IMG/VR virus record: IMGVR_UViG_3300048577_000559
DNA from: a virus
Reading direction: 5' to 3' (one strand)
Length of the DNA: 64,000 nt
Shown here: piece by piece, positions 55,352 to 63,441 of the stretch
Layout: every line of letters begins with the position of its first letter
Position numbering within the stretch: position 1 is the stretch's first letter
Position numbers and translations under genes: made by a program
Notes under the pieces: generated by a model
What the model saw: the letters and a program-made list of their open reading frames with translations, nothing else
Told to the model about the DNA's origin: nothing
Database searches by the model: none

Positions 55352-55951
55352 ATGAACCGACTGGCCTGGAACCGGGGCTACCTCTGCGGCGCAATGGACC
55401 GCGTGACCGATGGCGGCGTCGGCTGGCGTCAAGACCTGATCGAGAGCCTGAAGGACTTGAACATTCTCTGGCTCGACCCGACGCGCAAGCCAATCGACAT
55501 AGGCGTGGAAGACCTGGAGAACCGCGCCCTGCGCCACAAGGCAAAGCGGGCCGGCGACTTCGAGTTCGTCCGCAACCAGATGAAGCAGATTCGTCCCGTC
55601 GATCTGCGGATGGTGGACATCTGCGACTTCCTCGTGGTGAACCTCGATCTGCAAGTCCACGCCACGGGGACATACGAAGAACTGTTCTGGGCGAACCGGA
55701 TGAAGAAGCCGGTCCTGGTGCGCGTGGAGCAGGGAATCGAACACACCCCGGACTGGCTCTTCGGCACGTTGCCCTTCGAGATGATCTTCTCGACGTGGGA
55801 CGAAGTGAAGACCTATCTGCGGCACGTCGCCCACGATCCGGTGATCGACCGGCTCAACCGCTGGTACTTCTTCAACTGGATGGGCGAGAACTGCATCGAG
55901 TCAGCCAATCATGGCGTCGGCCGCAAGATCGTCAGGAGGGTGAAGAAGTGA
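55352..55951 (+). CDS. Nucleoside 2-deoxyribosyltransferase / dNMP N-glycosidase-like protein (NDT/DNPH1 family).
   Basis: N-terminal GYLCGAMD resembles the NDT-family YLAGP motif. About 200 aa. Confidence 0.45.
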   Translation: MNRLAWNRGYLCGAMDRVTDGGVGWRQDLIESLKDLNILWLDPTRKPIDIGVEDLENRALRHKAKRAGDFEFVRNQMKQIRPVDLRMVDICDFLVVNLDLQVHATGTYEELFWANRMKKPVLVRVEQGIEHTPDWLFGTLPFEMIFSTWDEVKTYLRHVAHDPVIDRLNRWYFFNWMGENCIESANHGVGRKIVRRVKK

Positions 55952-56163
55952 AGCCCGACCCGAGCACGCCCAGGCGGTCCTTCGTCAAGGCCGTCTCGTG
56001 GGAAACCTTCTCGAATCTTGTTTGCTTTGCCCTGGCCTACGCCACGTTCGGCAACTTGGGCGGGTGTGCGGTGTTCACGCTGATCTGCTTCATCGTGAAG
56101 TTGATCCTTTTCTACTACCACGAACGAATCTGGCACCAGATTCCGTTCGGCAAGCAAGTCTAA
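55948..56163 (+). CDS. Small membrane protein.
   Basis: 71 aa, hydrophobic, GTG start. Confidence 0.3.
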   Translation: MKPDPSTPRRSFVKAVSWETFSNLVCFALAYATFGNLGGCAVFTLICFIVKLILFYYHERIWHQIPFGKQV

Positions 56164-56297
56164 GCCGGGGAGGGAAGCCAGCGAGATTTCGGTAGTAGCT
56201 GGCCGTGGGTGGCGATCAAGGGCGCGTGGAGTACGGGCGATTATACCGACGACACGGAAACGCGCAGTACCCGGCTTTGGAAATCTTGGAGAACGAC

Positions 56298-56483
56298 ATG
56301 GAACCCTATCGGAAAGAAAAGCTGCCTTGCCGCAACGACAAGTGCCCTTGCGGCAGCGGCAAGAAGGCCAAGAAGTGCTGCCTGCACAAGATCAAGGCCC
56401 TGGCCGCTCTGCCACCGCGCTTGCGCGAAGAGGTCGTGGTCGCCAAGATTCTCGGCCGCCCCGTCACCACCACCGGAGTCTGA
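56298..56483 (+). CDS. SEC-C motif metal-binding protein.
   Basis: CPCGSGKKAKKCC SEC-C signature. Confidence 0.5.
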   Translation: MEPYRKEKLPCRNDKCPCGSGKKAKKCCLHKIKALAALPPRLREEVVVAKILGRPVTTTGV

Positions 56484-56484
56484 C

Positions 56485-57489
56485 ATGCGCATTCCCAAGT
56501 TTCTCAGCTACTCGTCCATGTCTCTCTGGTACAAGGACCAGGACGAATTCTACATCCGCTATCTGGCCGACCACCCCGCGCCTCGCCTGCCGCAAGAGCA
56601 GCCGGCCGCCGTGGGCAGCGCCTTCGACGCCTATGTCAAGTCGATGCTGGCCTACGCTCTGTTCGGCCGCGACATGCCGGCCCAATTCGAGTTCGGCGCG
56701 ATCTTCGAGAGTCAGGTTGAGCCTCACAACCGCGACTTCGCCTTGACGGCCGGCAAGCGGGTCTTCAAGGCATACAAGCTGGCTGGGGCCTACGACGACC
56801 TGCTCGACTTGCTTCGCAGGTCGATAGAGCCGCCGCGCTTCGAGTTCAAGGTGGACGGCCTGATCGAAGGGGTGCCTTTCACCGGCAAACCCGATTGTCG
56901 CTTCGTTTTGGACCTGGGCCAAGGCCGCGTGTCGTGCGTCTTCGACTGGAAGGTTCGGGGCTATTGCTCCAAGTACGGGTCCAGCCCGTCGAAGGGCTAC
57001 GCCGTCTGTCTGGACGGTTTTCGGTCGGAAAAGCCCAGCCGGAGCCAAGGCAAAGAGCACACCATGTACAAGGCGATGGACTTCCGGGGCCTCACGATCA
57101 ATTCCGGCTATATGGAGTTCTGCAACGACGAGTATGCCGATCAACTCTGCCTCTACGGCTGGCTTTTGGGCGAGAAGATCGGCGACGAGAACGTCGTGCT
57201 GGGGATCGAAGAGTTGTGCGCTAAGTTCATGGGCGAGGGGAACCCGCCCACGCTCCGCTACGCCCGCCATCGCGGCCGGGTCAAGGCCGACTATCAGCAG
57301 AAGCTCGCCGCAAAGGTGGCGACCTGCTGGCAGGCCATTACCAGTGGCCACGTCTTCTCCAGCCTTAGCCGCGAAGACAGCGATGCCCGCTGCCGAGTCC
57401 TGGAAGAAATGTCTGTGGGCCTAGTTTCCAGTGGCTCGGCCCTGGACGACTGGTTCAACGATGTCACCCGTCCCAAGTTCTTCCACTAA
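56485..57489 (+). CDS. PD-(D/E)xK nuclease-superfamily protein (Cas4/RecB-like fold).
   Basis: N-terminal YSSMSLWYKDQDEFY and core FVLDLGQGRVSCVFDWKV (D...D/ExK). Confidence 0.4.
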   Translation: MRIPKFLSYSSMSLWYKDQDEFYIRYLADHPAPRLPQEQPAAVGSAFDAYVKSMLAYALFGRDMPAQFEFGAIFESQVEPHNRDFALTAGKRVFKAYKLAGAYDDLLDLLRRSIEPPRFEFKVDGLIEGVPFTGKPDCRFVLDLGQGRVSCVFDWKVRGYCSKYGSSPSKGYAVCLDGFRSEKPSRSQGKEHTMYKAMDFRGLTINSGYMEFCNDEYADQLCLYGWLLGEKIGDENVVLGIEELCAKFMGEGNPPTLRYARHRGRVKADYQQKLAAKVATCWQAITSGHVFSSLSREDSDARCRVLEEMSVGLVSSGSALDDWFNDVTRPKFFH

Positions 57490-57492
57490 GCC

Positions 57493-57753
57493 ATGCCCAT
57501 TCCGCTGTTTCTACTCGACCGCATCAAGGCATCGGCTATGAGCGGCGAGCAGGTGGCCGATGCCCTCGTCAAGCTGGCGCAGGTGGCCGACAAATCCGGG
57601 ATCGACGCCTGCGCCGTCAACCTCGAATACGTTACGGACGACGACAAGCTGGTCGCCGGCGACCTGATCCCGACCATCACATTCTCCCTGAAGCGACAGG
57701 AGAGCGCCGTGGAGCCGGTGCCGGCGGAGTCAATCGACGTGGAGCCGCAATGA
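57493..57753 (+). CDS. Hypothetical protein.
   Basis: 86-aa ORF. Confidence 0.3.
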   Translation: MPIPLFLLDRIKASAMSGEQVADALVKLAQVADKSGIDACAVNLEYVTDDDKLVAGDLIPTITFSLKRQESAVEPVPAESIDVEPQ

Positions 57754-58037
57754 ACCTCTTGCTTTTCACTCTCGGCGTCGTGGGCATGACCCACATCATC
57801 GTGGACGGTGAGATCAGTGAGCCGGTCTACGAATGGATCGAGCCGCGCCTGCCCGTGGTGGCTCGCGTCATGGATTGCTACCAGTGCGCCGGCTTCTGGT
57901 GCGGCCTTGCCTTGGGACTGGCTCTGCTGAGCTACCGGCCCTGTATCGTGTTTGCGGCCGGCTGTGCCGGCAGCTTCCTCGCGCAACTCGGCTGGCTCGT
58001 GCTCGACTCACTGGAACGCTACGCGAAGGGCAAGTGA
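57750..58037 (+). CDS. Membrane protein.
   Basis: 95 aa with two hydrophobic helices and a CYQC motif. Confidence 0.35.
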   Translation: MNLLLFTLGVVGMTHIIVDGEISEPVYEWIEPRLPVVARVMDCYQCAGFWCGLALGLALLSYRPCIVFAAGCAGSFLAQLGWLVLDSLERYAKGK

Positions 58038-58039
58038 TG

Positions 58040-58183
58040 GATGACCAAGAAGGCTGGATTACCGGATTCGCTTCATGCCGAGTATGCAGCCACACCTGGG
58101 TCGCCGTGGTGCCCGCGGACGGAGAGCTATCGAACCTTGAGTGCCCGGAATGCCATAGCATGTCGGGCGAACTGACGGAGTGA
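58040..58183 (+). CDS. Zinc-ribbon protein (48 aa).
   Basis: CRVC...CPEC pairs. Confidence 0.3.
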   Translation, partial: DDQEGWITGFASCRVCSHTWVAVVPADGELSNLECPECHSMSGELTE

Positions 58184-58186
58184 TGT

Positions 58187-58435
58187 ATGCCGTGGTTGAT
58201 CGTCGTCATCTTTGCGTTTCTCTGCGGGTTCCTCATGGACATCGTATGGACGCTGTGTGTCGATGCCGTGACCTGTAGAAAGCCGCTGACGGCGGCCAAC
58301 TTCAGCGCCTTGCTCTACCTTTGCACCATCGTCTCAACGGTCTTGATTGTGGAGAAGTGCATTGCCGCCGTGGTGGCCTACATCATCGGCGGCTGGATCG
58401 GCACCTATGTGGTCGTCAAGCGAAGGCGGCCATGA
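58187..58435 (+). CDS. Small membrane protein (2-3 TM).
   Basis: Hydrophobic 82-aa ORF. Confidence 0.35.
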   Translation: MPWLIVVIFAFLCGFLMDIVWTLCVDAVTCRKPLTAANFSALLYLCTIVSTVLIVEKCIAAVVAYIIGGWIGTYVVVKRRRP

Positions 58436-58686
58436 AGATTCTCGTCTACCACGGCAGACATGGCGACGACTATTTCCTCGTCGATACGCCCGAACGACTG
58501 CAAGCAGCCATGCGTCAGTTGTTCAAGCAACTGGACGACTGGCACTGCTACGACCGCGATGAAGAAGGCGTGATCGAGGCGCGAGCCGGCGACGCGCGTG
58601 CAATCCGTTGGCTGCTCGACCGCCATAACGGCTACGAGTACGAAGGCTGGAACATCATCGAGGCCATTGATCCATGCACACCCTGA
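58432..58686 (+). CDS. Hypothetical protein.
   Basis: 84-aa ORF starting MKILVYHGRHGDD. Confidence 0.3.
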   Translation: MKILVYHGRHGDDYFLVDTPERLQAAMRQLFKQLDDWHCYDRDEEGVIEARAGDARAIRWLLDRHNGYEYEGWNIIEAIDPCTP

Positions 58687-59426
58687 TTAACGCCGACTGT
58701 CTCGATTACCTCAACGGCAACCGCCAGACTTGGACCACGATCTTGGCGGACCCGCCGGACAACATCGGCCTGAGCTACCAGAGCTACAAGGACAGACTGC
58801 CCGACCACCAATACGTGGACCTGCTGGAGACCTGGTTGCACCTGTTTGTTCACAGGGCCAAGACCGTTTGGTTCAGCTTCAACGCGAAGTGGACCTTCGA
58901 GGTTGGCCGCATCGTCGCCGAGATCGTCCGGCGGACCAGCGGCTTGGAAGCCAAGCCCTGCGTCCAGACTTTCACCTTCGGGCAACATTGCCACCACGAC
59001 CTGGGCAACAACCACCGGCCGCTCTGGCGGCTGCGGTGGTGTGACGCCCCGCTGCGTCCCGATGCGATCCGCGTGCCGAGTTGGCGGCAGGAGAACGGCG
59101 ACAAGCGGGCTGACCCGCGCGGGCGGGTGCCCGGCGACGTGTTCGACTTCACTCGCGTCGTGGGCAACAGCAAGCAGCGCCGTCCGTGGCACCCGACGCA
59201 ACTCAACGAGGGGCTGGTCGAGCGGTGCGTGAAGTTCACCACGCCAGAAGGCGAGTCAGTCCTAGACCCCTTCGGCGGCACGGGCACGACGCTCCGCGTT
59301 TGCCGGCCGCTGGGCTACCCCTGCACCCTAATCGAGATCGACCGGGGCTACTGCGACAAGATCGTCGAAGAGCACGGCATGAAGCGGTCGGAGTACATCC
59401 ATCGCGCCTTGTGGGAGGTCGAATGA
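58674..59426 (+). CDS. DNA methyltransferase (beta class, variant motif IV DPPD).
   Basis: ILADPPDN near the N-terminus, and motif I DPFGGTGTT near the C-terminus. Confidence 0.6.
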   Translation: MHTLINADCLDYLNGNRQTWTTILADPPDNIGLSYQSYKDRLPDHQYVDLLETWLHLFVHRAKTVWFSFNAKWTFEVGRIVAEIVRRTSGLEAKPCVQTFTFGQHCHHDLGNNHRPLWRLRWCDAPLRPDAIRVPSWRQENGDKRADPRGRVPGDVFDFTRVVGNSKQRRPWHPTQLNEGLVERCVKFTTPEGESVLDPFGGTGTTLRVCRPLGYPCTLIEIDRGYCDKIVEEHGMKRSEYIHRALWEVE

Positions 59427-59662
59427 GCGTCCATTGCACCCGTTGCGACGGCACCGGCTTCCTCAACCTCCATCAGGTGGACGAGAGGGCGCTAGACCGT
59501 TTCGACGAAACCGGCGACCACCAGGTCATCCTCGATTGGATCGCGGCCAACTCCTGCCACGACGTTTCTGTGTGCGACTGCTGCGGCGACGGAGAGGCGT
59601 GGCACGGCACGCCTGGAGAACACCACCCCGAAGACGCTGAACCGTGGCCGGAGTGCTACTGA
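59423..59662 (+). CDS. Small Cys-rich protein.
   Basis: CTRCDGTG..CHDVSVCDCCGDGEAWHG. Confidence 0.35.
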   Translation: MSVHCTRCDGTGFLNLHQVDERALDRFDETGDHQVILDWIAANSCHDVSVCDCCGDGEAWHGTPGEHHPEDAEPWPECY

Positions 59663-60294
59663 TGCTCCGCATCACCATCGAGCTAGCACCCTGGGGCGAC
59701 GAGTCCTGCGCCAAGGTTATCGCCACCGGCAAGATCGTCAACACCGGCACCGGCAGTCCCACCCAGGGCAGCTACCGCATCGAACTGTGCGATGCCGCCG
59801 GCCGCAAGTGGAGAAGCGGAACCATCGCCGGTTTCCCCGAAAGCGGCTGCTCGCGTGGGACTTGCTCAATCGGGCCTTGGGAAAACTTGTCGGCAGCCAA
59901 AATCCCACTCCAGATTCACGGGCGTTTTGCGATCTCCCAGCGGAGAGGCAACACCAACCGACATAGGGAGCCACCCATGAGAACGCTAGTGCCCAATCTG
60001 AACGCCATCCTCAAGCGCCATGAGATTCACCCGAAGTTCTGGCCGGAGTTTCACAGCATGGTGGAAGACCGGCAACTGCCCAGTAAAGAACTGTGGACCC
60101 GCATGAACTACGTGGCCAACTACCGGGCCGCCCGCAGCGAGATAGCGGCCGAGTTGTCCAAAGGGTGGGAAAAGCAATTTCCGCCCGACGACTACGAGGT
60201 GCCCGAAGGCTACGACTTCGACATGCCGGCCGAGTACGAATCGTTGACTCCCGAAGACATCGCACTGGCGACATCGGGCGGGTGCGCCGTCTGA
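59662..60294 (+). CDS. Hypothetical protein. The ORF carries bipartite motif copy D in-frame, so it may be two genes (second start at 59977).
   Basis: Continuous ORF of 210 aa. An internal ATG at 59977 follows GGGAG, 31 nt after the motif. Confidence 0.3.
   Translation: MLRITIELAPWGDESCAKVIATGKIVNTGTGSPTQGSYRIELCDAAGRKWRSGTIAGFPESGCSRGTCSIGPWENLSAAKIPLQIHGRFAISQRRGNTNRHREPPMRTLVPNLNAILKRHEIHPKFWPEFHSMVEDRQLPSKELWTRMNYVANYRAARSEIAAELSKGWEKQFPPDDYEVPEGYDFDMPAEYESLTPEDIALATSGGCAV
59908..59945 (+). promoter_or_regulatory. Bipartite motif copy D: CTCCAGA-N16-GATCTCCCAGCGGAG.
   Basis: Exact half-sites with a 16-nt spacer. The extended similarity to copy A covers ATTCACGG.CG.TTT.CGATCTCCCAGCGGAG. 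Confidence 0.45.
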
Positions 60295-60412
60295 AGCCCG
60301 TCAAACAACCAGACCCTTCGCCTCCTGAAACGGGTTGGAATCGGCCTACGGTGCGGGGCGCGTTGATCGACGGTCGCACCACCTTTTCTTCCTCTTCCTC
60401 GAAAGGACAACG

Positions 60413-60631
60413 ATGAACCCGAGCGATTTCCTGGGCCGCGAAATACACCCCGGCGACCTGATCGTCTACCCGTGGCGGCGCGGCTCCGCGATGGGGCTCA
60501 ACAAAATGAACGTCATTCGCGTAACGCCGGATTCCGTTGGCGGCTACAGCAACACCGGCCGCCCGGTGAAGATCACCAACCTCAAGAACGTGGTGGTCGT
60601 CGAGCGTCCGAAGACCGAACCGGAAAACTGA
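60413..60631 (+). CDS. Hypothetical protein.
   Basis: 72 aa with RBS GAAAGGACAA. Confidence 0.35.
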   Translation: MNPSDFLGREIHPGDLIVYPWRRGSAMGLNKMNVIRVTPDSVGGYSNTGRPVKITNLKNVVVVERPKTEPEN

Positions 60632-60632
60632 C

Positions 60633-60824
60633 ATGCCGCTGTATGACCTTCAGTGCAGCGCGTGCGGCCATACGTTCGAGGCATTCCAGGCAATGGACGC
60701 CAAGCAGCCCACGCGCTGCGAGAAATGCGGCCGGAAGAAGGTTCGCCGTGTGCTCGTGACGCCGCCCAGGGGGCACAACAAGTACGAAGATGGGCACCCG
60801 CGTAAGAGCCGAGGAAGAGGCTGA
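60633..60824 (+). CDS. FmdB-family zinc-ribbon protein.
   Basis: MPLYDLQCSACGHTFE...CEKCG matches the FmdB/CxxC-x17-CxxC ribbon family. Confidence 0.6.
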   Translation: MPLYDLQCSACGHTFEAFQAMDAKQPTRCEKCGRKKVRRVLVTPPRGHNKYEDGHPRKSRGRG

Positions 60825-61633
60825 TGGAATTCCACCGCAAGAAGAAGCGTGGTCAGAACCAAAAGGTCCGGCGAACGTGGTTCTCGGAAGAGGGCTACCG
60901 GATCGTTTGGCGCAAGGAGGTCTATGGTGTCCGCGTGCCCGCTCGCTTCCAGGCGTGCGTGCGAACGTTGATCCCCTACAGCGATGGAACGCTGCATCCG
61001 ATGTGGGACTTCGTGAATGTTCACCGCCGCCTGATGAAGACGTTGAAGGCGGCCGAGGAGGAGTGCGAGAAGCACAATCGCCTCTGGGCAAAGGCGTGCG
61101 AGGCCACGGGCATCCGGGCCTTGAAGGAACTGTTCGGCGGCAAGCTGCCGAGCGGCTTGCCCTTGTGGGCGAGAAAGAAACTGGACCGCCGGCTGTATGC
61201 CATCCTGACCGACAACCGGCCGGGCAAGTACGACACCGACGAAGAAGAAGACGAGTCATGCACCGAGAGTTCACAACCGGCTTCCGACGCGCCCGGCCCC
61301 GGCGGTCCTACAAAAACTTCGGACTCTTCTGCCTTGCCCACGGAAGCGACTTCGGAAACCGTTACCCCTGCCTCGCCTGCCGAGGGCAAGGACGGATCGA
61401 CGACCCGGCGGACCCGCCATGCCCGGTCGAAGGATACGGAAACGTCCGACGCATCGACTGCCCCGAGTGTCGAGGGAGCGGCAAAGGCACCAAAGAAGCC
61501 TGCCGCCAAGCGTACCAGGCGAGCCTCGAAGCGTACCGCCAAGAGAAAGATGAGTACGACCGACTCCACCGGCTCCGGCGCGAAACGCTCCAGAGGCCCA
61601 CGAAAGACGAAATCCACGCCTTCCGCGAGCTAG
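60824..61633 (+). CDS. Hypothetical protein. The N-terminal 145 aa are well-formed. The long S/T/P/K/R-rich tail is uncertain because it overlaps another ORF.
   Basis: ORF open to 61633. The region 61258-61633 is also open in the -1 frame, which carries a more convincing protein. Confidence 0.35.
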   Translation: MEFHRKKKRGQNQKVRRTWFSEEGYRIVWRKEVYGVRVPARFQACVRTLIPYSDGTLHPMWDFVNVHRRLMKTLKAAEEECEKHNRLWAKACEATGIRALKELFGGKLPSGLPLWARKKLDRRLYAILTDNRPGKYDTDEEEDESCTESSQPASDAPGPGGPTKTSDSSALPTEATSETVTPASPAEGKDGSTTRRTRHARSKDTETSDASTAPSVEGAAKAPKKPAAKRTRRASKRTAKRKMSTTDSTGSGAKRSRGPRKTKSTPSAS

Positions 61634-61641
61634 GACTGTGA
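61258..61641 (+). CDS. Cys-rich protein with DnaJ-type CxxCxGxG zinc-finger motifs.
   Basis: CLACRGQG and CPECRGSG, plus a helical C-terminus. ATG 61258. Confidence 0.4.
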   Translation: MHREFTTGFRRARPRRSYKNFGLFCLAHGSDFGNRYPCLACRGQGRIDDPADPPCPVEGYGNVRRIDCPECRGSGKGTKEACRQAYQASLEAYRQEKDEYDRLHRLRRETLQRPTKDEIHAFRELGL

Positions 61642-61838
61642 GCGAGACCTTACGCGAAGTACGGCAGCGGATCAAGCGAGAAGCCCCTTACGTGGGCAAG
61701 CGGCCATATTCGCACAACATCATCCGATTCGCGCTGGCCGAGATCGACCGGAGGTTCGGACGGCCGGCAGCCAACAAAGTGGTTGTGGACTTCAAGCTGG
61801 AAAGTAAGGGCTTCAACGAGGAACCGGAAAATGGCTGA
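61638..61838 (+). CDS. Small hypothetical protein.
   Basis: 66 aa with a GTG start overlapping the upstream stop. Confidence 0.3.
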   Translation: MSETLREVRQRIKREAPYVGKRPYSHNIIRFALAEIDRRFGRPAANKVVVDFKLESKGFNEEPENG

Positions 61839-62349
61839 GTTCTGTCCTCGTTGCACGGCACCCCTGGAAAGCAGTCGAGACGCCGACCGCTTGTGCAAGG
61901 TCTGCGGCTGGTGGGGAGATCAGCAGGAAGTCCTGCTGGTGCCGCCGGAGAGCGACATATTCAACCCCGTGCTAGCCGCCGCGCAGACCCTCGAACTGTA
62001 CCGCGACGTGTGCCGCAAGGAATTGCTCGCCGAGCAGATTTATGACGCCGGCAACGCCACCGAGGCCGACCTGCAACGGGTCCGCCTTGCCCGGCGGCAC
62101 GCCGTCCACTCGATCATCGAAATGCTGGTCTCGCTACGGAGCCGCGCCATGCGACAGCATCTACGCCGTATAAACGGCGCGGTTCCGTGGCCGGCAAACT
62201 GGACCGACCGCCACTACAACGGCGGCCAGCCGTGCGACACGCTGATCGGCCCTTGCTCGTGTGGGGCTTGGCACATGGAGAGCGAAGACTGGGTTCAAGC
62301 CATGCTCTTCAAGCACAACGCCGAGATCATTGACGGAGATCAGCCGTGA
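61831..62349 (+). CDS. Zinc-ribbon-containing hypothetical protein.
   Basis: N-terminal CPRC...CKVCG. 172 aa. Confidence 0.35.
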   Translation: MAEFCPRCTAPLESSRDADRLCKVCGWWGDQQEVLLVPPESDIFNPVLAAAQTLELYRDVCRKELLAEQIYDAGNATEADLQRVRLARRHAVHSIIEMLVSLRSRAMRQHLRRINGAVPWPANWTDRHYNGGQPCDTLIGPCSCGAWHMESEDWVQAMLFKHNAEIIDGDQP

Positions 62350-63050
62350 AGAAACTCTGCCCGAACTGCGAAGAGCTTTTGAGGCCGACCGGCAATCCAG
62401 AGGTTGGCCAGTGCTCGGGCTGTGGTTGGAGCGGTTACTACTGGCGGGCCGTCAAGGAGCCGGCGCTGCCAGCCACGCCGCCCAAAATGCCCTACGTCAG
62501 CATCGACATCGAAACCACAGGGCTCGATCCGGCCGCCTGCCAGGCGCTCGAAGTTGGAGCCGTGATAGACGATTGGAAGACGCCTATCGACCAGCTTCAG
62601 CGATTCCGGCGGGTACTGACCTACGAGACAGTCACGGGCAGCCCGTATGCGATGGCGCTGAACGCCGGTCTGCTGAAGCAGATCGCCAATCCGCCGCAGA
62701 CGTGTGAGTTCTGCAAGCCGGAGGAATTGGGCGTGCAACTGGCCCAGTGGGTCAAGGCCAACGGCCTGGACCCAATGCACTTGCAGGCGGCCGGCAAGAA
62801 CTTCGCCAGCTTCGACATGCCGTTTCTTTACCGGCTGCCGGGATTCACGCGCGTCGTGAAGTTTCGGCACCGCGTCCTGGACCCCGCCATCCTCTACTGG
62901 CGGCCTCTCGACGACAAAAAGCTGCCGGACAGCAAGACCTGCTACGAGCGGGCTGGGTTGGACGGCAAGGTAGCCCACACCGCCGTGGAAGATGCCCTGG
63001 CGGTTGTGCGGCTGGTTCGACTGGGCATCAAACGACTGAAAGGAACGTGA
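62346..63050 (+). CDS. Zn-ribbon plus DEDD 3'-5' exonuclease (DnaQ/oligoribonuclease-like).
   Basis: N-terminal CPNC..CSGCG. Exo I SIDIETTGL, Exo II FDMPFL, Exo III HTAVEDA. Confidence 0.65.
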   Translation: MKKLCPNCEELLRPTGNPEVGQCSGCGWSGYYWRAVKEPALPATPPKMPYVSIDIETTGLDPAACQALEVGAVIDDWKTPIDQLQRFRRVLTYETVTGSPYAMALNAGLLKQIANPPQTCEFCKPEELGVQLAQWVKANGLDPMHLQAAGKNFASFDMPFLYRLPGFTRVVKFRHRVLDPAILYWRPLDDKKLPDSKTCYERAGLDGKVAHTAVEDALAVVRLVRLGIKRLKGT

Positions 63051-63350
63051 ATGAACAGCGACATCCGTGAGAGCCTCGGCCGTCTCAAACAACTCCGCAT
63101 CGCCGACCTGGCCGCGACCGACAACGAGTTGGCCGTTCTGGTAACGGCCCTTCGCAAGGAGGTCGAGACGCAGACCGGCGTAGTCAACTCTGCCGATCCG
63201 ACCGACCCGGCCTACAGTACCGCCGCCAGCGATCTCGTCGGCCTGCTGCAACTGACCCAGGCCGCCGTGGATGCCAAGACCGAACTGGGCAAGCTGACGG
63301 CAGCCGCCAGCAAGGCCGTTGGGCGAGTGCTGAAGAAAGAACCAAAGTGA
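63051..63350 (+). CDS. Hypothetical protein.
   Basis: 99-aa ORF. Confidence 0.3.
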   Translation: MNSDIRESLGRLKQLRIADLAATDNELAVLVTALRKEVETQTGVVNSADPTDPAYSTAASDLVGLLQLTQAAVDAKTELGKLTAAASKAVGRVLKKEPK

Positions 63351-63356
63351 ACCGCA

Positions 63357-63430
63357 GGCCCCGACATTTCTAACTGGACAAGATAAGGCCCTTCAAGCCT
63401 GGGATGCGGGTTCGAGTCCCGCCGGGGCTA
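63357..63430 (+). other. tRNA-like element (good acceptor and T-arm, poor D and anticodon arms). Possibly a partial tRNA or attP core.
   Basis: T-arm GCGGG-TTCGAGT-CCCGC and acceptor 3' CGGGGCT pairing with upstream GGCCCCG. The D-arm does not fold canonically. Confidence 0.3.
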
Positions 63431-63441
63431 CTGGAGAACGA

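Noticed and set aside
63357-63430. Calling the tRNA-like element a functional tRNA-Glu(TTC).
   Set aside because: Position 8 is A, the D-arm cannot form a canonical stem with a GG-containing loop, and the anticodon stem has a mismatch with C at position 33. It is kept only as a tRNA-like or possible attP-core element.
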